DNA of 64,000 nucleotides from the NCBI GenBank assembly GCA_040954595.2, contig CM082588.2, positions 794,613-858,612 of the forward strand, written 5' to 3'. The position numbers and the translations under genes are program-made. Below the pieces are notes generated by a model, which did no database searches, was not told the origin of the DNA, and saw nothing but the letters and a program-made list of their open reading frames with translations. Positions 14,901 to 28,467 of this stretch are shown piece by piece; position 1 is the first letter of the stretch; each line of letters starts with the position of its first letter. This DNA comes from Balanoglossus misakiensis (lineage: Eukaryota; Animalia; Hemichordata).

Positions 14901-17900
14901 ACTAGAACTAACTTGTACAGGTGTGAATTTTGCACAAATTGCTCTGATCCCATATACAGCACAAAATCACAAGCTTGTTCCGAGAAGAAAGAAATCTTAC
15001 CGGACAGATTGTAGCTGTCAGTACAATTGAGTTGAAAGAGAGTGAACAGTAACTCTTCAGCTGCTTGGATCATGAAACAACCCTGGAAAGAAAAGAGAAA
15101 AAATATGCAAGTTACCATAGTGATTGCAGCTTGTCGTAAGTGGAATGACAAAGAAACTTGGAGGGCTTCTATCTATGGCAATCACTGTCTACTCGTCATA
15201 GACAACTTACTTGTACAGCATTGAAGAAATTGCAAGTGACATCACAGATAAAGCTGATACATCGTTGTAACTGTTGCTCGTTTCCTGACATCTCTTCATG
15301 TGATTTTGGTAAGGACTGGTGGAATCTGTTCAGTATCTGCTCCATGTACTCAGGTGAGATCACAGGCTCTGAAATCAAGCATCAGAATGATAAGATATAC
15401 ATCCTCTACACCTTAATAAAGAAAATGTCTGCAATATGAAAGTTTCTAAATGAATATTTGTATAATTCATTATTCACTATGATGACACCTACCAAGCTTG
15501 TTATTGGTTGACAGACCAAGACTGATGAGCATCCAGCTGCTCTCATTGGCTGAATCACACGAGTCAGAGGTCAAGCTGTTGTCACACAGTTGCTGAGCAA
15601 CTACGACCAGTTTACTTCCAAATTCAGGCCCCTTCAGCCACTGGATCATAGCTGCGTCATTTGGACTAGCAATAACCTACAGGGTTGGAAAATAAATAGA
15701 TGTCAGACAGTTTAATTTCATCTCTTTAGCATTCTTTCTATTTTCTCAACACTTTGTACTTTATCAAAATGTATTGTCTGGATCCAAGTCATTTACAAAT
15801 AAACAACAGCAATTCACCAAAACTTAATGATGTGTGCGCAACCAGAACACAAAGTTTTTTTGCAATACTTACTTTTCTGATGAGGTTATACAGAACCATA
15901 GTGTTGTCACACTTCTCCAATATTTGATTGAGTATAAACATCTTTTCCTTGTCGCTAGTACATGATTTAATAACAGCCAGCATCATATCCACCAGGAATT
16001 CAATCGACAAATCTTCCATTTCCTTCTTTTCAACTTGTTCCATCCATGGAAGCAATACACCACAGAAAAATCCCTGGGCATCCGGAGAATTCACATTGCT
16101 TCCGTCTTCACTTTTGGTTCCGTCAGCACCAAAGCCATCCATGGAAGTGTCTTCCATGAGGGCTTGAAACAAAGGCGGGGATGCAAAGACTGTCACCAGC
16201 TTGGCCAGAAATCTTTGTTGTCGACTACTATGAGACTTGTTCTGCTGAATCAGCTGGTGGGAGATTTTGGCCAGATTACACACCAGCTTCAAAAGTGGTC
16301 CATCGGTGACAGAAACAGACTCTAATGGCTCCATCGTGCTTTTCTCTTCCTCTTCTGTCTCATCAACACTTTGTATTTTGCGTCTGGCTCCACTGCTAAC
16401 AGGAGGATCCTCAGAAAATTTCACCTTTGATCTTTTCTTCACTGCACTCTTCCGACTGGCTTCAGGCATCTTCACACACTCCAAGAAGAATGCTACATTC
16501 TCAAGTGCCTGGTCTCTGTCTTTGGTCTCCACCACATTCACACAAATAGGCGAGAAGTTCTTCCAGAATTGATCCAAAACCCTGAGGCAAGTTTCTCTGT
16601 CTGGATTCTCAGATTGGGAGATTTTTTCCACATGTTTCAGAAGACTTGATACTTGGGAGAACAGGGGGGATGAGGAAAGAATGGGTTTCTCTTCGATGAT
16701 TGATGCTTCCAATACAGGAAGGAGCTGATGAGCGTACAAGAGAATAATTAGGAAAATCTGGAAAAAGTGATGAAATGGTGACTGTTGACCATATAGTCAA
16801 AAGTATGATAGAAACACACTGCATATTGTGGATACTGAAATCAAACTTCATGACTTTGACAAAGCTCTTCAAAAGGTATTCAATCAACGTCAGTTACCCT
16901 GAAGTCCCCAATGCTGTTTTAAAAAAGACAATTCCCTTTTCAAATATTGGTCGACTGGACCAGACATACCTGATCTAATATAAGATGATCTTGGATGGCG
17001 TGGCTCTCAGCTGTGTTCTGCAGATTTTGTTGAAGTGAGAATCGAAGACATTCTATGAACGCATTGACCACTGCTACACACTCACTGTTACTGGTCTGTA
17101 CACGCTCTGAACTCAAACTGGAAGGTAAAATTCAGTCAAGATGAAAAGATGGCATATAGGTATGTCAAGTATGAACAGCGAAAATTACAGGCTGTATTCA
17201 CTTGCGGCTGATTTGAGGGAACTTCATGTTTTTGGTACATCATTGCGGCCATATTGTTACAACATCCTCCAACCACCAATAAAACTTTGTAAACTTACCC
17301 AATCTTCATATTTCCAAAGAATTCATTATAAAACCCGACCCCTTCACCTATGACATCACTTGGTATCCTGCTGAGCATCGGAAGAAGGTTCGGGTAGATC
17401 ACAATGGCTGATCCACTTCCAGAATTACGGAATAATGACCACAGTTTGGGCAAAAAAGCCTTCCTTGTATTTACATGTTTCCAGCAGTCCTGTCAAAATA
17501 CAAAAAAGATTATGTTCTGACATTTTGGAGTGTGTATGCACTGTGTCACACGAGACATAGAGAGATTTCTTCCTAGAATCTTTGAAGTATGAACCAACAT
17601 GCTCAGCAACTTATCAAAATATCTTTGAGATTTGTGTGTGCCACTGAGTAATTGAGATCTCCGAAAACTTACCTCGATTGTTGACACAATATGTAACACA
17701 GCTTCCCACAGTGGTTGACAAACACTGGGATCTGTATCGTCGATGTTAGTCAGAACAGCAGGGCATAGTTTACTGGCAAAATTCTCAGTTATGTTTGGAA
17801 TAGCTTGACATATCGCAGATAATACTGAGTAAAAAGCACCTCTGATCTGAAATAAGTAAAGAAATAGTGTCGTCAGTATTTTAGTTCATTAGATATTTGC

Positions 17901-19791
17901 AGAGATATCCTATGGAAATTCTTCAAGTTTACAAGACAGAATGAAATCACAAAATATTTTTCTGTTCTGATTTTCTTACCAATGGTGCCTTGTTCTTGGC
18001 ATACTTCCAGAACTTGGCTTCACTGAGAAAAGTTGTGTACTGTGGTTGTAAGGACTCATGGTCACTTTTTGGCAGAACAAGCAAGAAGTGTCTCAGTGCT
18101 AGCAGACTGGATGTCACAACCCTGTTGTACTTGGCTTCTACTTCTTCCGGTGGTGTAGACCTGAAAAGGCAAAGTGGACCAGTCAGTCTGAGATGAGACC
18201 AAGTTTTATAGGAGATGCTGTTGTCCAAACTGAAACTTGCTATTCTGTCACTTGTCAGAGTAATGTCCCAGATGATGTTGTTACTTACTTTGAGTCACTG
18301 AGAGAGGTGGGTGTCTGCTTGAAGATGTTGTCTTCAATGTGCTAAAAAGAAATTGGAGAATGGATGAGTTCCACACGAGAGTAAACAGCAGTAGATATAT
18401 GACAGTTTCCCTTCATAACTTGGAATCTAACTATAACATTAAATATTTGAAATTGCACTTACTGCTAAGATCTCTTCTCTACAGAACGTAACTGCTTCAC
18501 TTTGTTTGGCTGGAGAAAAGGCACTGTTGTAGGCAGTCTTGGCCGCACTTGATGCTGGGGCGTATGTGTCACATTGTGCAACTAGCCAGGGTCCCATGAT
18601 GGATTTCAGATGTGGTGCCAGGTTGCGACGGACTTTGAGTGCCACTTGCTCGTGGGCTTGTTGGATTGCTTCTCTGACTCTCCTATCATGGTCCTGTGAG
18701 TCAATGAGAGATTGTTGGATACAAACAGTCAGAGAACAAGAGCAGCACACAGAATCCCTAGGAATGAATACATGCTACCTTGTACAGGGTTGCCCAAAAT
18801 TATACAATATAAAACAGAAATAATTACTAACCAAAATCATGTACGGAGACATTTGTCAAATGTATCAATGCCAAAGTGAACTTACCATGGTTATTTTCAA
18901 ATAGAGTCTTGGCCAATATGGAAGAACAGCATTTACTGCCTCTTCATCTTTCTCCTTACACATTCCCGTGAACTCCTGAATGGCCTACAGATATGGAAGA
19001 ATTCACACCAATGATTCATATCGCCGAAAGCTAAAGTTAGCATCTCTGAAGCTGAAGATTTGCATGGGTATATATCTTTTGTCGGCCTCGGGAAACAGAC
19101 TGTTTTGGGGCGACTCACAGTCCCTCGGGGAAACATATGTATACTGTTGCCCTCATTGCCAGTCAATATGTGTATAATAGTACCATTTTGTGGCTATGAC
19201 TGTTCATATCAGGTTTATCTTATCAAGGTTTGACTGTATTGCATTTTGCTTTTACCTTGAGTTTTGTAGTGACATCTTTCTTAGTCATCTTCCTCATCAC
19301 CATTCTGAAGTCACCATCCACAGACACATCAATCTCATCTGATACTTTCATTGGCACGTAGCCAAGATCACCTGCCATGGTGCCAAAGCCAACAAAGCCA
19401 ACAGCACCACCACTTTCCCGTGCCAGCAACTCTGCAGTCCGACCACTGCTTGATGGCTATATCATACAGGACAAAACACTAAGTTTAGGCACAATATAAG
19501 CCATAGGTATATACATGTATGTATGTAATGTTGCCTTTTCATTCAACCCCATTTGTCCGGCCCTCCAAGAGGGTTAGGCTCCGACATTATCGTGAAATTC
19601 ACATGACTGTGATATCTATTCACCTTTTCCTTGGGTCTCTATCGCTCAGATGCCGCTGTATAATATCATGATCATCATGTATTATATTGCACAACAGCTG
19701 GTAAACGCCAGGTGGTGAACCACACACACATTTAGAATCGCCTTACCCGAGTATTGCCCTTCGTTCGCTGTGCTTGCTTCTTCCCTCCCAT
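8902..19791 (-). CDS. LTN1: E3 ubiquitin ligase listerin (ribosome quality control), many exons
   Basis: N-terminus [26 protein letters not shown]...GFVGFG...[12 protein letters not shown]; HEAT-region exons ([16 protein letters not shown]...); C-terminal RWD region ([13 protein letters not shown]) and [55 protein letters not shown]-stop at 8904-8902. Internal exon borders were not all resolved. Confidence 0.96.
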
Positions 19792-20505
19792 CCTGAATAT
19801 GTATATGATAATCGGTTGAAGTAAATATGGTTATCAGAACCTGTCAAACGCCACAATATCACAGAATACGTGGATCAGATTGACGGGGAAGTCCACGTAA
19901 CGGGCGCAGCCATGATGGGGATTCCACTTCCGGTATGGCCTCAACTACTTAGTGCTAGTACAAAGGGGTGGCCGGACTTACATCCGTAGGGTGGTTTCTG
20001 GTCGTACATTGTCCGATCGAGTATAGTACGTACACTGTCTCTATGACTAGATAAAATAGGAAGGAATTATCATCCGATGTAGCAAATAACTTTTGTTTAA
20101 GCGACAGAACCCCAAATATGTTTCAGTGAAATTTACAAGTGCGCCCCTGAAGATGGTCACTGGTAACACCATTGAAGAGTGGTCCGATCGCGTAACTTGA
20201 AGGGGTAGCACCATCACCATGGTAACATTTTGGTAAACTGTCCCTCTTTCGATACTTTGTATCATTGGGGCTTCTAGATCACTGGTTAATAGTTGTGATT
20301 TGCAGCACAGGCGTTATTTGAGGGCCTTTAACGTCTTTTTTGTACTGTTTTATTTCATTGTGTATCTTTCATCTTTTGGGGGAACTTTGTGCATGTAGGC
20401 CTACTTCTCTTCTTAAGAATTAATAAGTCATCCGATTACCTAGAGACCAAGCGCATCGCTCAGTGACGTCAGGGTTACTCGACGTCATTCCAGGATCATT
20501 CTACG
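19792..20505. promoter_or_regulatory. Divergent (probably bidirectional) promoter region between LTN1 and CYP39A1
   Basis: The start codons are head-to-head, ~0.7 kb apart. ETS-type CACTTCCGG lies at ~19925-19933, a perfect CRE TGACGTCA at 20464-20471 and a second CGACGTCA at ~20480. Confidence 0.5.
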
Positions 20506-23293
20506 ATGGCGACAACCGGTACATCATCAGCTGCTGCAACTGAGGACGTGACCCAACAACTTCATGACCTTGTTTTCCACAATCCGATTTCGTGGATAAT
20601 TGTGGCGATCACCGTCATCTTTGCATGGTTTCTGCTCAGAAAGAAAGAGTCTGGATCACCACCAACTGTGTCCGGCTGGATACCATGGCTTGGCTGTGCG
20701 ATTGAGTTCGGTAAAGCACCGCTTGATTTCATCAAACAATGCAAAACTAAGGTGGGTAATCGCAGGGTTTAAAGGTCGACAGGCACAGACTATGCTGCCC
20801 AGCTCACACGTGTATGTTTCTGCGTCCATAATGTCAATTGCATATACATATATCACAGCATTTGTATATATCAATTCCCATTAGTATAACCAATTATCAC
20901 AAGTGATCAGCCAGCTGATATACGACTTCTTTATGTTCAATTTCAGCATGGATCAGTGTTCACCATAGCAACAACAGGTCAGAGGCTGACCTTTGTCACA
21001 GAATTAGAAGATTTCCATCATTTCTTTCAGTCAAGCAATGTGGATTTTCAACAAGCAGTCCAAGATGCTGTCAGACATACGTGTATGTATATTTCAGTCT
21101 TTGACTGACTGACTGACTGACTGACAGACAGATAGATAGATACTAGTAGATAGATGGATGGGTTGATTGATTGATTCTTTGTATGTTACAGCAAACATTG
21201 GTGAGAAACACTTTTTCAAAAGTCACACCGACATTCATGACATGATGAAAGGAAGACTAGCTCCATCCAATCTCCATCTTTACTGCGCCAAACTCTGTAA
21301 AAACTTCAACTCTCAAATAAACAAGATGGCATCCTCTGGCAGCGATGAGCTGATGTGTGTTGTGAGAAGAATCATGTTCACAGCCGTTGTGAATAATTTA
21401 TTTGGAGACGACATTCTTCCAACAACTGATGAGAAAATACAGGAATTGGAAGATCGATTTGTCAAGTATGATGAAGATTTTGAATATGGATCGCAACTAC
21501 CAGAATTTGTATTAAAGTAAGCTTTGCTGTCTTGTCGGTGTTTTCTAGAAAGGCGAAGTTTGATAGTCAGTTTTTTTACCAGGATGTGTTTCTCATATCA
21601 AAGGTGTTTAATACATGTATATGTGGTTTCAAAATATAAGTTGACATGTTTTCTCATTGCTGTTATGTCCATCACAGACCATGGGCAGAGTGCAAGAACT
21701 GGTTACTCTCTCTCTTCACTGTAGTCATTCAAAAGCTGGAACAGACTTCAGACAAGCAGAGCAGTGAAAAGGTATTTCTGAAATTTATGCATTTGTTAAT
21801 AGGGCTCATCATAGCCTTGACTTGCATCCACATGAAGTTAAGAATGAGCAACATATTTTTAGCAGTGTGATACACACAATTACTTGCAATATACACTGTT
21901 TTCCCATTAACCATTTCTCCCTATTTTTGTCTTGTCTGTCCGTCCGGGCTGCATTCATCTTTGCTATTTCAGACATTACTACAATCCTTATATGACCTTG
22001 TAGATCGTGAAGTGGCACCAAACTTTTCTCTGTTACTACTGTGGGCTTCACAGGCCAATGCTATTCCAGTAAGTATACATTTGAAAACATTGATCTTGAA
22101 CTTTTTGGATAGGTGTGTATTTGTACCATCTGGTTCTTATTATACAGAATCCTTTATTTGCACATTTTTCAGATTACATACTGGGCACTAGCGTTTATTT
22201 TATCCGACCAAAAGTTGTTGAAATCACTATGTGATGAAATACAGAGTGTTCTTGGAGATAGAGATGGTGACTTGGATATCACTGAAGAAGATCTGAGGAG
22301 AATGCTTGGAGTGAAGAGAGTTGTCTTAGAAGCCATCAGACTGAGATCACCTGGTGTTATCACTCGCAGGGTTGTGAAATCATTTAAACTGAAGGTATTA
22401 TGCAATTTACTATGAAACGTTTCACTTGGATGAAACAAGCCAGTTTATGATCAGGTCCATTTACAATATAGATATTTATGCAAGACTTTGTTTGTTTGTT
22501 TGTTTGTTTACCAGGGATACACCATCCCGGCTGGAGATTTGTTGATGTTGTCACCATTCTGGGCTCATCGCAATGTCGAGCTCTTTCCGGACCCGGAGAA
22601 ATTTGACCCTGTAAGTGAAGATGTATTTCCTTGATGTGGAATAACTCTGGACAGTCAAGAATGTTTTCACTTGTTTGTCAGTATACTGTTTGAGTTTATT
22701 CCAGATAGTTTGAGATTATTTTACTTATTATATATAAGAAGGGTTTATTTGTTGAATTTCAGGACCGTTGGTTGAAGGCAGATCTGGAAAAAAATATATT
22801 TCTGGATGGATTTGTTGCGTTTGGTGGTGGAAGATATCAATGCCCTGGCAGGTAAGAAGTAGTTGCATCTCATTTGTGGAATCGTGTACCTGTATAAGAC
22901 ATCAACAGTAACTAATTATCATACTGGTTTCATTCCACCATGAAAACTAAAGATTTGGTATTTTTCCTATATGCACAGGTGGTTTGCATTGATGGAGATT
23001 CAAATGTTAATTGTCTTAATGCTCCGCAACTTAGACATGAAATTACTGGATCCTGTGCCAAGACAGGTATGCAATTTATATCAATAAAATCTGTTGTTGT
23101 GACATGCAAGGCCAATTTTGATACCTGTACTACATCTGGTGTATGAGTGAAGATTTCTTGGCAGGAAACCATTGACAGACAGAATGTAACACTAACATCT
23201 CATTATTTCATTTCATTTCAGAGCCCGCTTCACCTAGTTGGGACACAACAGCCCAGTGCTAAGTGCCATGTGGAATACAAGAAAATCAAATGA
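20506..23293 (+). CDS. CYP39A1: Cytochrome P450 of clan 7, CYP39A1-like (24-hydroxycholesterol 7-alpha-hydroxylase-like), about 10 exons
   Basis: N-terminal TM anchor then PPTVSGWIPWLGCAIEFGKAPLDFI; I-helix LLLLWASQANAIP; ExxR (EAIRLR); PEKFDPDRW; heme motif FGGGRYQCPGRWFALMEIQ; stop TGA at 23291-23293. Confidence 0.9.
21102..21172. repeat. Compound tetranucleotide microsatellite (GACT/GACA/GATA/GATT) in a CYP39A1 intron
   Basis: tgactgactgactgactgactgacagacagatagatagat...gattgattgatt seen directly. Confidence 0.8.
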
Positions 23294-24195
23294 GGTGTCA
23301 TAAATATTTCTTTGTTAAATCATTCACAGTTCAAACTTAAATGTCAGAAAGATTGAAGTACAATGTAGAGTTGCTCTACACATAGTCAATGCATTTGTTT
23401 GGTGATGGGAAATATTTTAAATTATCTCCTGTTGTATTCAGTTAATTTAAAATGTATTATTTTAAAGATTCTAAAGTCATTGACACTGGTTCTAATAACA
23501 CTATGGGAATATTTGAAATATTACAAATACACGCATAAATAAAATGTATTATTGGCAATATACTAATGTTTTGTCTTTACAATTATTTTAAGAATCAACC
23601 TTCCAATCAATGCTAAATCACATGACACTTTAAGATGTGGATGGTAAAAATCTCTGAGTTGTAGGAAATGGTGAATAAAAAGATCTATCTTTGGTTGAGG
23701 CCTACTTTAGAAAATACAATAACAAATCCTTTTCACAAACTTTACAAAGCTTTGGCTCCAGTTTACAAAATCTGGATACAACTATAGATTATTAACAAAT
23801 CTTGAAATATACAGCCTCAGTATTACTCGTAAATAAATTAACAGGAATTGTTAAGGCATACCTGGATGATTGAAAATGTCAAAAGTCAACATAACTATTT
23901 CATTAAAATTCAATGGCTATATCACAGTCCCTTAAAAATTTAGTCATTCATTTTTATTTGTCAAGTTGACTAATTCTACACTTGTAGAGAAACTAGATTT
24001 CAAGCATGATTTGGCACTGGTTATCGATACTCTCTTTAAAATCCATCACAAGTCGTTGGGGGCGCTAAACCCAAGAGTAACAACATGATGAGTCTGTATG
24101 TAGAGTTCCAATGATGCTTATAGTTCTTACCTTCTCCTAGCTCATTGTCAAAAGTTAAAAAAAAGACAATTGGCTGCCCTGTATATCTGCTTGTA

Positions 24196-25753
24196 TTACT
24201 GATAGCCGAAGGAGTTAGAAAACTCTCTGGATGCTCTCAATAATTCATTTCTGTACTCAAATAAATTCTGCCATTCATCTTTTTTCTTCAGTAATTCATT
24301 GTTCTTCTTGGCCTCATAGTGAAACTGTGGTCCTTTAAATTCATACCTGCAAAACAAGGACAATTGTTCAATTTATATACATTTTCCAACTCTGATATTG
24401 TACAAAACATATCCATATGAAAACGTCTAATTGCAGATGAATGTGCACAAGCCAATCTCTTGCAGCTTACCATTTTGGAGTTGGACCTCGGATTCTTTCA
24501 AGCTCCAACTGACGTTTAATCTCCAGTAATTTCTCTTCTTCCAATCTCAATTTCTGCATTCTGAGTTTTGCCAACTCATACTCGTAAGGCGATGCAATGA
24601 CATCTGACCTCATCAGACTCGGCTCGGCTGCTTTCAAGAAGAGGTAATCACCAGACGCACGAACTTTGGGGTCGACTGCACTTTTGGGTCTCGGCTTTGA
24701 CCTTGATCTTGATGCAGTTGGTGATTGTGAACGAGTTGGTTTCAGAGCTGGTGGAGGACTAAATGTTCTGGTCAAATCTTGAGAGCTGCTGCCAAGGGTA
24801 ACTGGATATGTTTTCTTTGCCTTCTCATCGAGAAAGTTTTCAGAAATTATTCTTCTAGCGGCCAGGTTGGTACCAATTGTTCCTGTCTCGCGATCTGATT
24901 TGTGCACATTTCGTATTTCGAGCCCCGCACTCTGCAAAGCTGGGTATTCACTACTTTTTGTCAGATGTAAAGGTCTGGTGTACCACTGGCGATCTCTACC
25001 TCCTTCAGCTCGGCCAACAAGAACATTCTCCTCTTTGATCTTCTCCACATCATCCCCATTCATCAACTTCTGAAGTTCTGCTTCATAATCATCTCGGAGA
25101 CTGTCATGGAGAACATGCCCAGGAGAGAAACTCACACTCTTGGCGGACACATTTCCAAGACTTTCATTTGTGTTACCCAAGTTCATTGAATAGTCATGAC
25201 CCCTTGATGATGACCTTCTGTGTGATGTTGATCCATATTTTTCAGGATTGTACAGTGTGTTTTGAGACAAGCTCCTAGTTGTCAGTGTCCGCTGAGAGTT
25301 GGACAGATAGTCAGAGTCCTTAAACCTGTATATTGAATAGAAGATTTTGCAAATGAGCTTGATGCAGTTGTCTTGGTTACCATGTTAATCACAGATAACC
25401 TGGGAATTACTAGATTAATGCATTATGTTTGTGATTTTGTTGTAAATTTTGATTGTTTGTAAAGTGTGGGGCGTGGCCTGGCGAAGAGGCGAACTCCAGA
25501 ACGAAATCAAACCGGAAGAGATACTTTCTGGCTATTGTATTCTGGCCAGGTATGGCGTCCATAACAACGAGTAAACAATAAATTTGCAACGCGAATTTTC
25601 AAACAAAATCAAGAGCAAAGATTAAACTGAGAAGATGAACTGTTAAAGTAGTTCCTTCTTGTCGTTGACCCATAAAAATTCTCACCTAATAGGCGCTGAC
25701 TGACCGTGGAGGACAAAATCATCGTCCGGATTCCTGATCGACCAACCGTACAT
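24196..25753 (-). CDS. Uncharacterised 357-aa protein, largely low-complexity with a C-terminal coiled-coil/aromatic segment
   Basis: Three phase-consistent exons: 25753-25686, 25325-24471, 24346-24196 (1074 nt). Starts MYGWSIRNPDDDFVLHGQSAPIR and ends SPYEYELAKLRMQKLRLEEEKLLEIKRQLELERIRGPTPKWYEFKGPQFHYEAKKNNELL...SFGYQ-stop. Confidence 0.8.
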
Positions 25754-26190
25754 CTTGTTGACCTGAGTTTGACCTCCGGAGCTGAGGGATTTCCTTTTCT
25801 AGAGGGCGCAAAACAGTTCACTTCATTTTATTTTTTTGCAAAATAAACAAACGATGGTGACAAAGTATTAATAAACAGTCAGAAATGATCATAATCTTTC
25901 AAAGAAAGGACTTTGGTGAGATTCAATGGAATCGGGAACGAGTTTTATCACAACCGATGTTCATTTCCCAAACTTCGAAGAAAAACAAAATGATTGACAA
26001 AATGTTCTTAGAGGGCGCATCACACCAATGATTTGAAATCGAGGCTCAGAATATCACTTCCGTGTTTACTGTGGTACTCTATATTTATAAGTCATCAGCA
26101 TCACGTCATCGCATCACATGCACATGAACAAGATTAAATCATTAATAGACCTCCCTTTGGATATCATTTACTTGATCGACTGCCTTGAAA

Positions 26191-27859
26191 ATGTTTAAGA
26201 AGAAACCCACCACCAAAGGTAAGCAACTGACATGTCTATTGCTATTTTCGTAGTGGTGAAACAAGTTTGTAGCTTTCATCTCTTTTGGAAATGTATCCAC
26301 TGACACTATTCGAGTTGTTTTTATTCTTTGTGCAGAAGTGATCAGACAGAATGACCGCCAAATGAGGCGGACACAGAGAGATCTAGAAAGAGACAGAGCT
26401 CAACTGGAAAGACAGGAAAAATTACTGGTAAGTAAAGTATGATCAATGAGATGGGACACCATCCATCCCTCATAGCTCAGCTGACATGCACAGTATCAAC
26501 CACCTCTAATATATCTCCACTTTTTCTCCATCATTAATAGGAAATGGAAATCAAGAAAGCAGCAAAGCTAGGTAACAAGCAGGTAAGTGTGATGAGATCC
26601 AGTTCTGACAATACTGATAATAAACATGTACTAAGTGACAAGCATTCCTTGATAGGAAATGACTTATTTCCAGCCAAAATACTTCAACATGCATGCTTGC
26701 AACTTTTGCTTCTGTTGGCTATAAACTATGTCTATTAAGACAACTAATTCAATAACCTCTGATTCTGTTTCAGGCAGCCACAGTATTAGCCAAACAGTTA
26801 GTAAATCTCCGGAAACAGAAGACCAAGAGTTATGCAGTGGGTTCTAAGATCTCTTCAGTAAATGCACAGACCAAGGTGTGTATATCCATGTTAAAGCCCT
26901 TTCACCACCATAGTTCAGTCCAAACCCAATGTTTTCTATGGTACCGGTAAGTTTGGACCTCTAAAGAGAGAACTGGGGGTGAAAGGGTTAAAACTGTTTC
27001 TTGGTTGCATTTTTGGTGGGGAGTGCCATGACATTGCAATGGACATTCATTACTTTTCCTATGTTTAATTTGCAGGCAATGCATTCTAATGTTAAAATGG
27101 CTGAAGCCATGGGTAACACAACCAAGGTAAGTACCCATATTTCTGGTGTTTGTATAGGACAGAGAGAAAATATAGCTCTTTGGAAGCCTTCCTTATAATC
27201 AAATAATGACTTGATATAAACACACTATGTTTCAGGTGATGGGTTCTATGAACAAACAGATGGACCCACAGAAACTGGGACTAACTATGCAAGAATTTGA
27301 AAAAGAATCCACGAAAATGGGAATGACAGAAGAAATGAGTAAGTGTTCAACACCATCCTTCATTTTAAACATCAGCGGTCAACCAAAATAATGTTAATCC
27401 TAGCATGAAACTGCTTGCTCCTATGTCGCTTTCAATAAAAACATTTAATTTCACAAATTTAATATTTGATTCCACTCTGTCATCAGTAAATGATACGCTA
27501 GATGACATCCTGACTGAATCAGGAGATGAAGAGGAGGAGGAGGCAGTTGTCAATCAAGTGTTGGATGAAATTGGCATTGAAATATCAGGAAAGGTGAGAT
27601 GGCTGCCATGGTGATATACTGACCTCAAAGGTTAAAGTTCATTGGCCACAGTGGAAGTTGTGACACTAGTATGTCAAAGAAAAAAGTTTAAAACAAGTTA
27701 ACTCTTCCATAGCATAAAAGCCCTTAACTAACAAATATTGAAATTCAATTTCAGATGGCAGAGGCACCCTCAGCACACCAAGAATCACTTCCATCTGCAA
27801 AGTCAAAGGTCACGGACGAAGCCCTAGAAGCACAGCTAGCCAAACTCATGCGAGAATAA
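26191..27859 (+). CDS. CHMP2B: Charged multivesicular body protein 2b (ESCRT-III)
   Basis: Eight exons encoding MFKKKPTTKEVIRQNDRQMRRTQRDLERDR...EMEIKKAAKLGNKQAATVLAKQLVNLRKQK...KMGMTEEMINDTLDDIL...VVNQVLDEIGIEISGK...LEAQLAKLMRE-stop. Confidence 0.93.
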
Positions 27860-28467
27860 TATTTCAGTTGCTTTTTGTACATATTTTTAATGACAATGAG
27901 AAACTTAATGCCTTTGAAACACCAGAGGACTTTTCTTTCAAATTTCAAAATGCCCATCACAAACTAGTTTGTAAATTAGTGCTTTGCAATATCTTAAAAG
28001 GAGAAAATGATAAACACAGGATTACAGTTTTTGTTCAATGATTAAGGTTGTGAACCATGTAAATATAAATGTAGTTGTAAAGTTGTATTTAAAGTTGACA
28101 TGGTATGTATGTTGAATTTGAGTCAAAATACACTTATTATGGTCTACTTTAATATCTGTGTTAGTGTCTTATTTTAAATACTACAATATTGAAGAGAAAC
28201 AGTCATATGTCCTGGGACACGACTGCAGCAATTAATCAAAAGTCCACACCACATTTATTGACCCTAAATGTCACAGCCAAAGAACACTTCACCAAAACAT
28301 AACTGCATATCACTCATGATACATTTTCACATCTGACCCACAGCAGCTTTAAAGGTTGTCTGTGATTGATATGTTTTTATGTTGATGGATCTACAAATCA
28401 AGTGCTTGAAAACCATAACCTTCACATGGTCACACACAGGTTGCCCTTGGGATAATTTGTTTAAATC

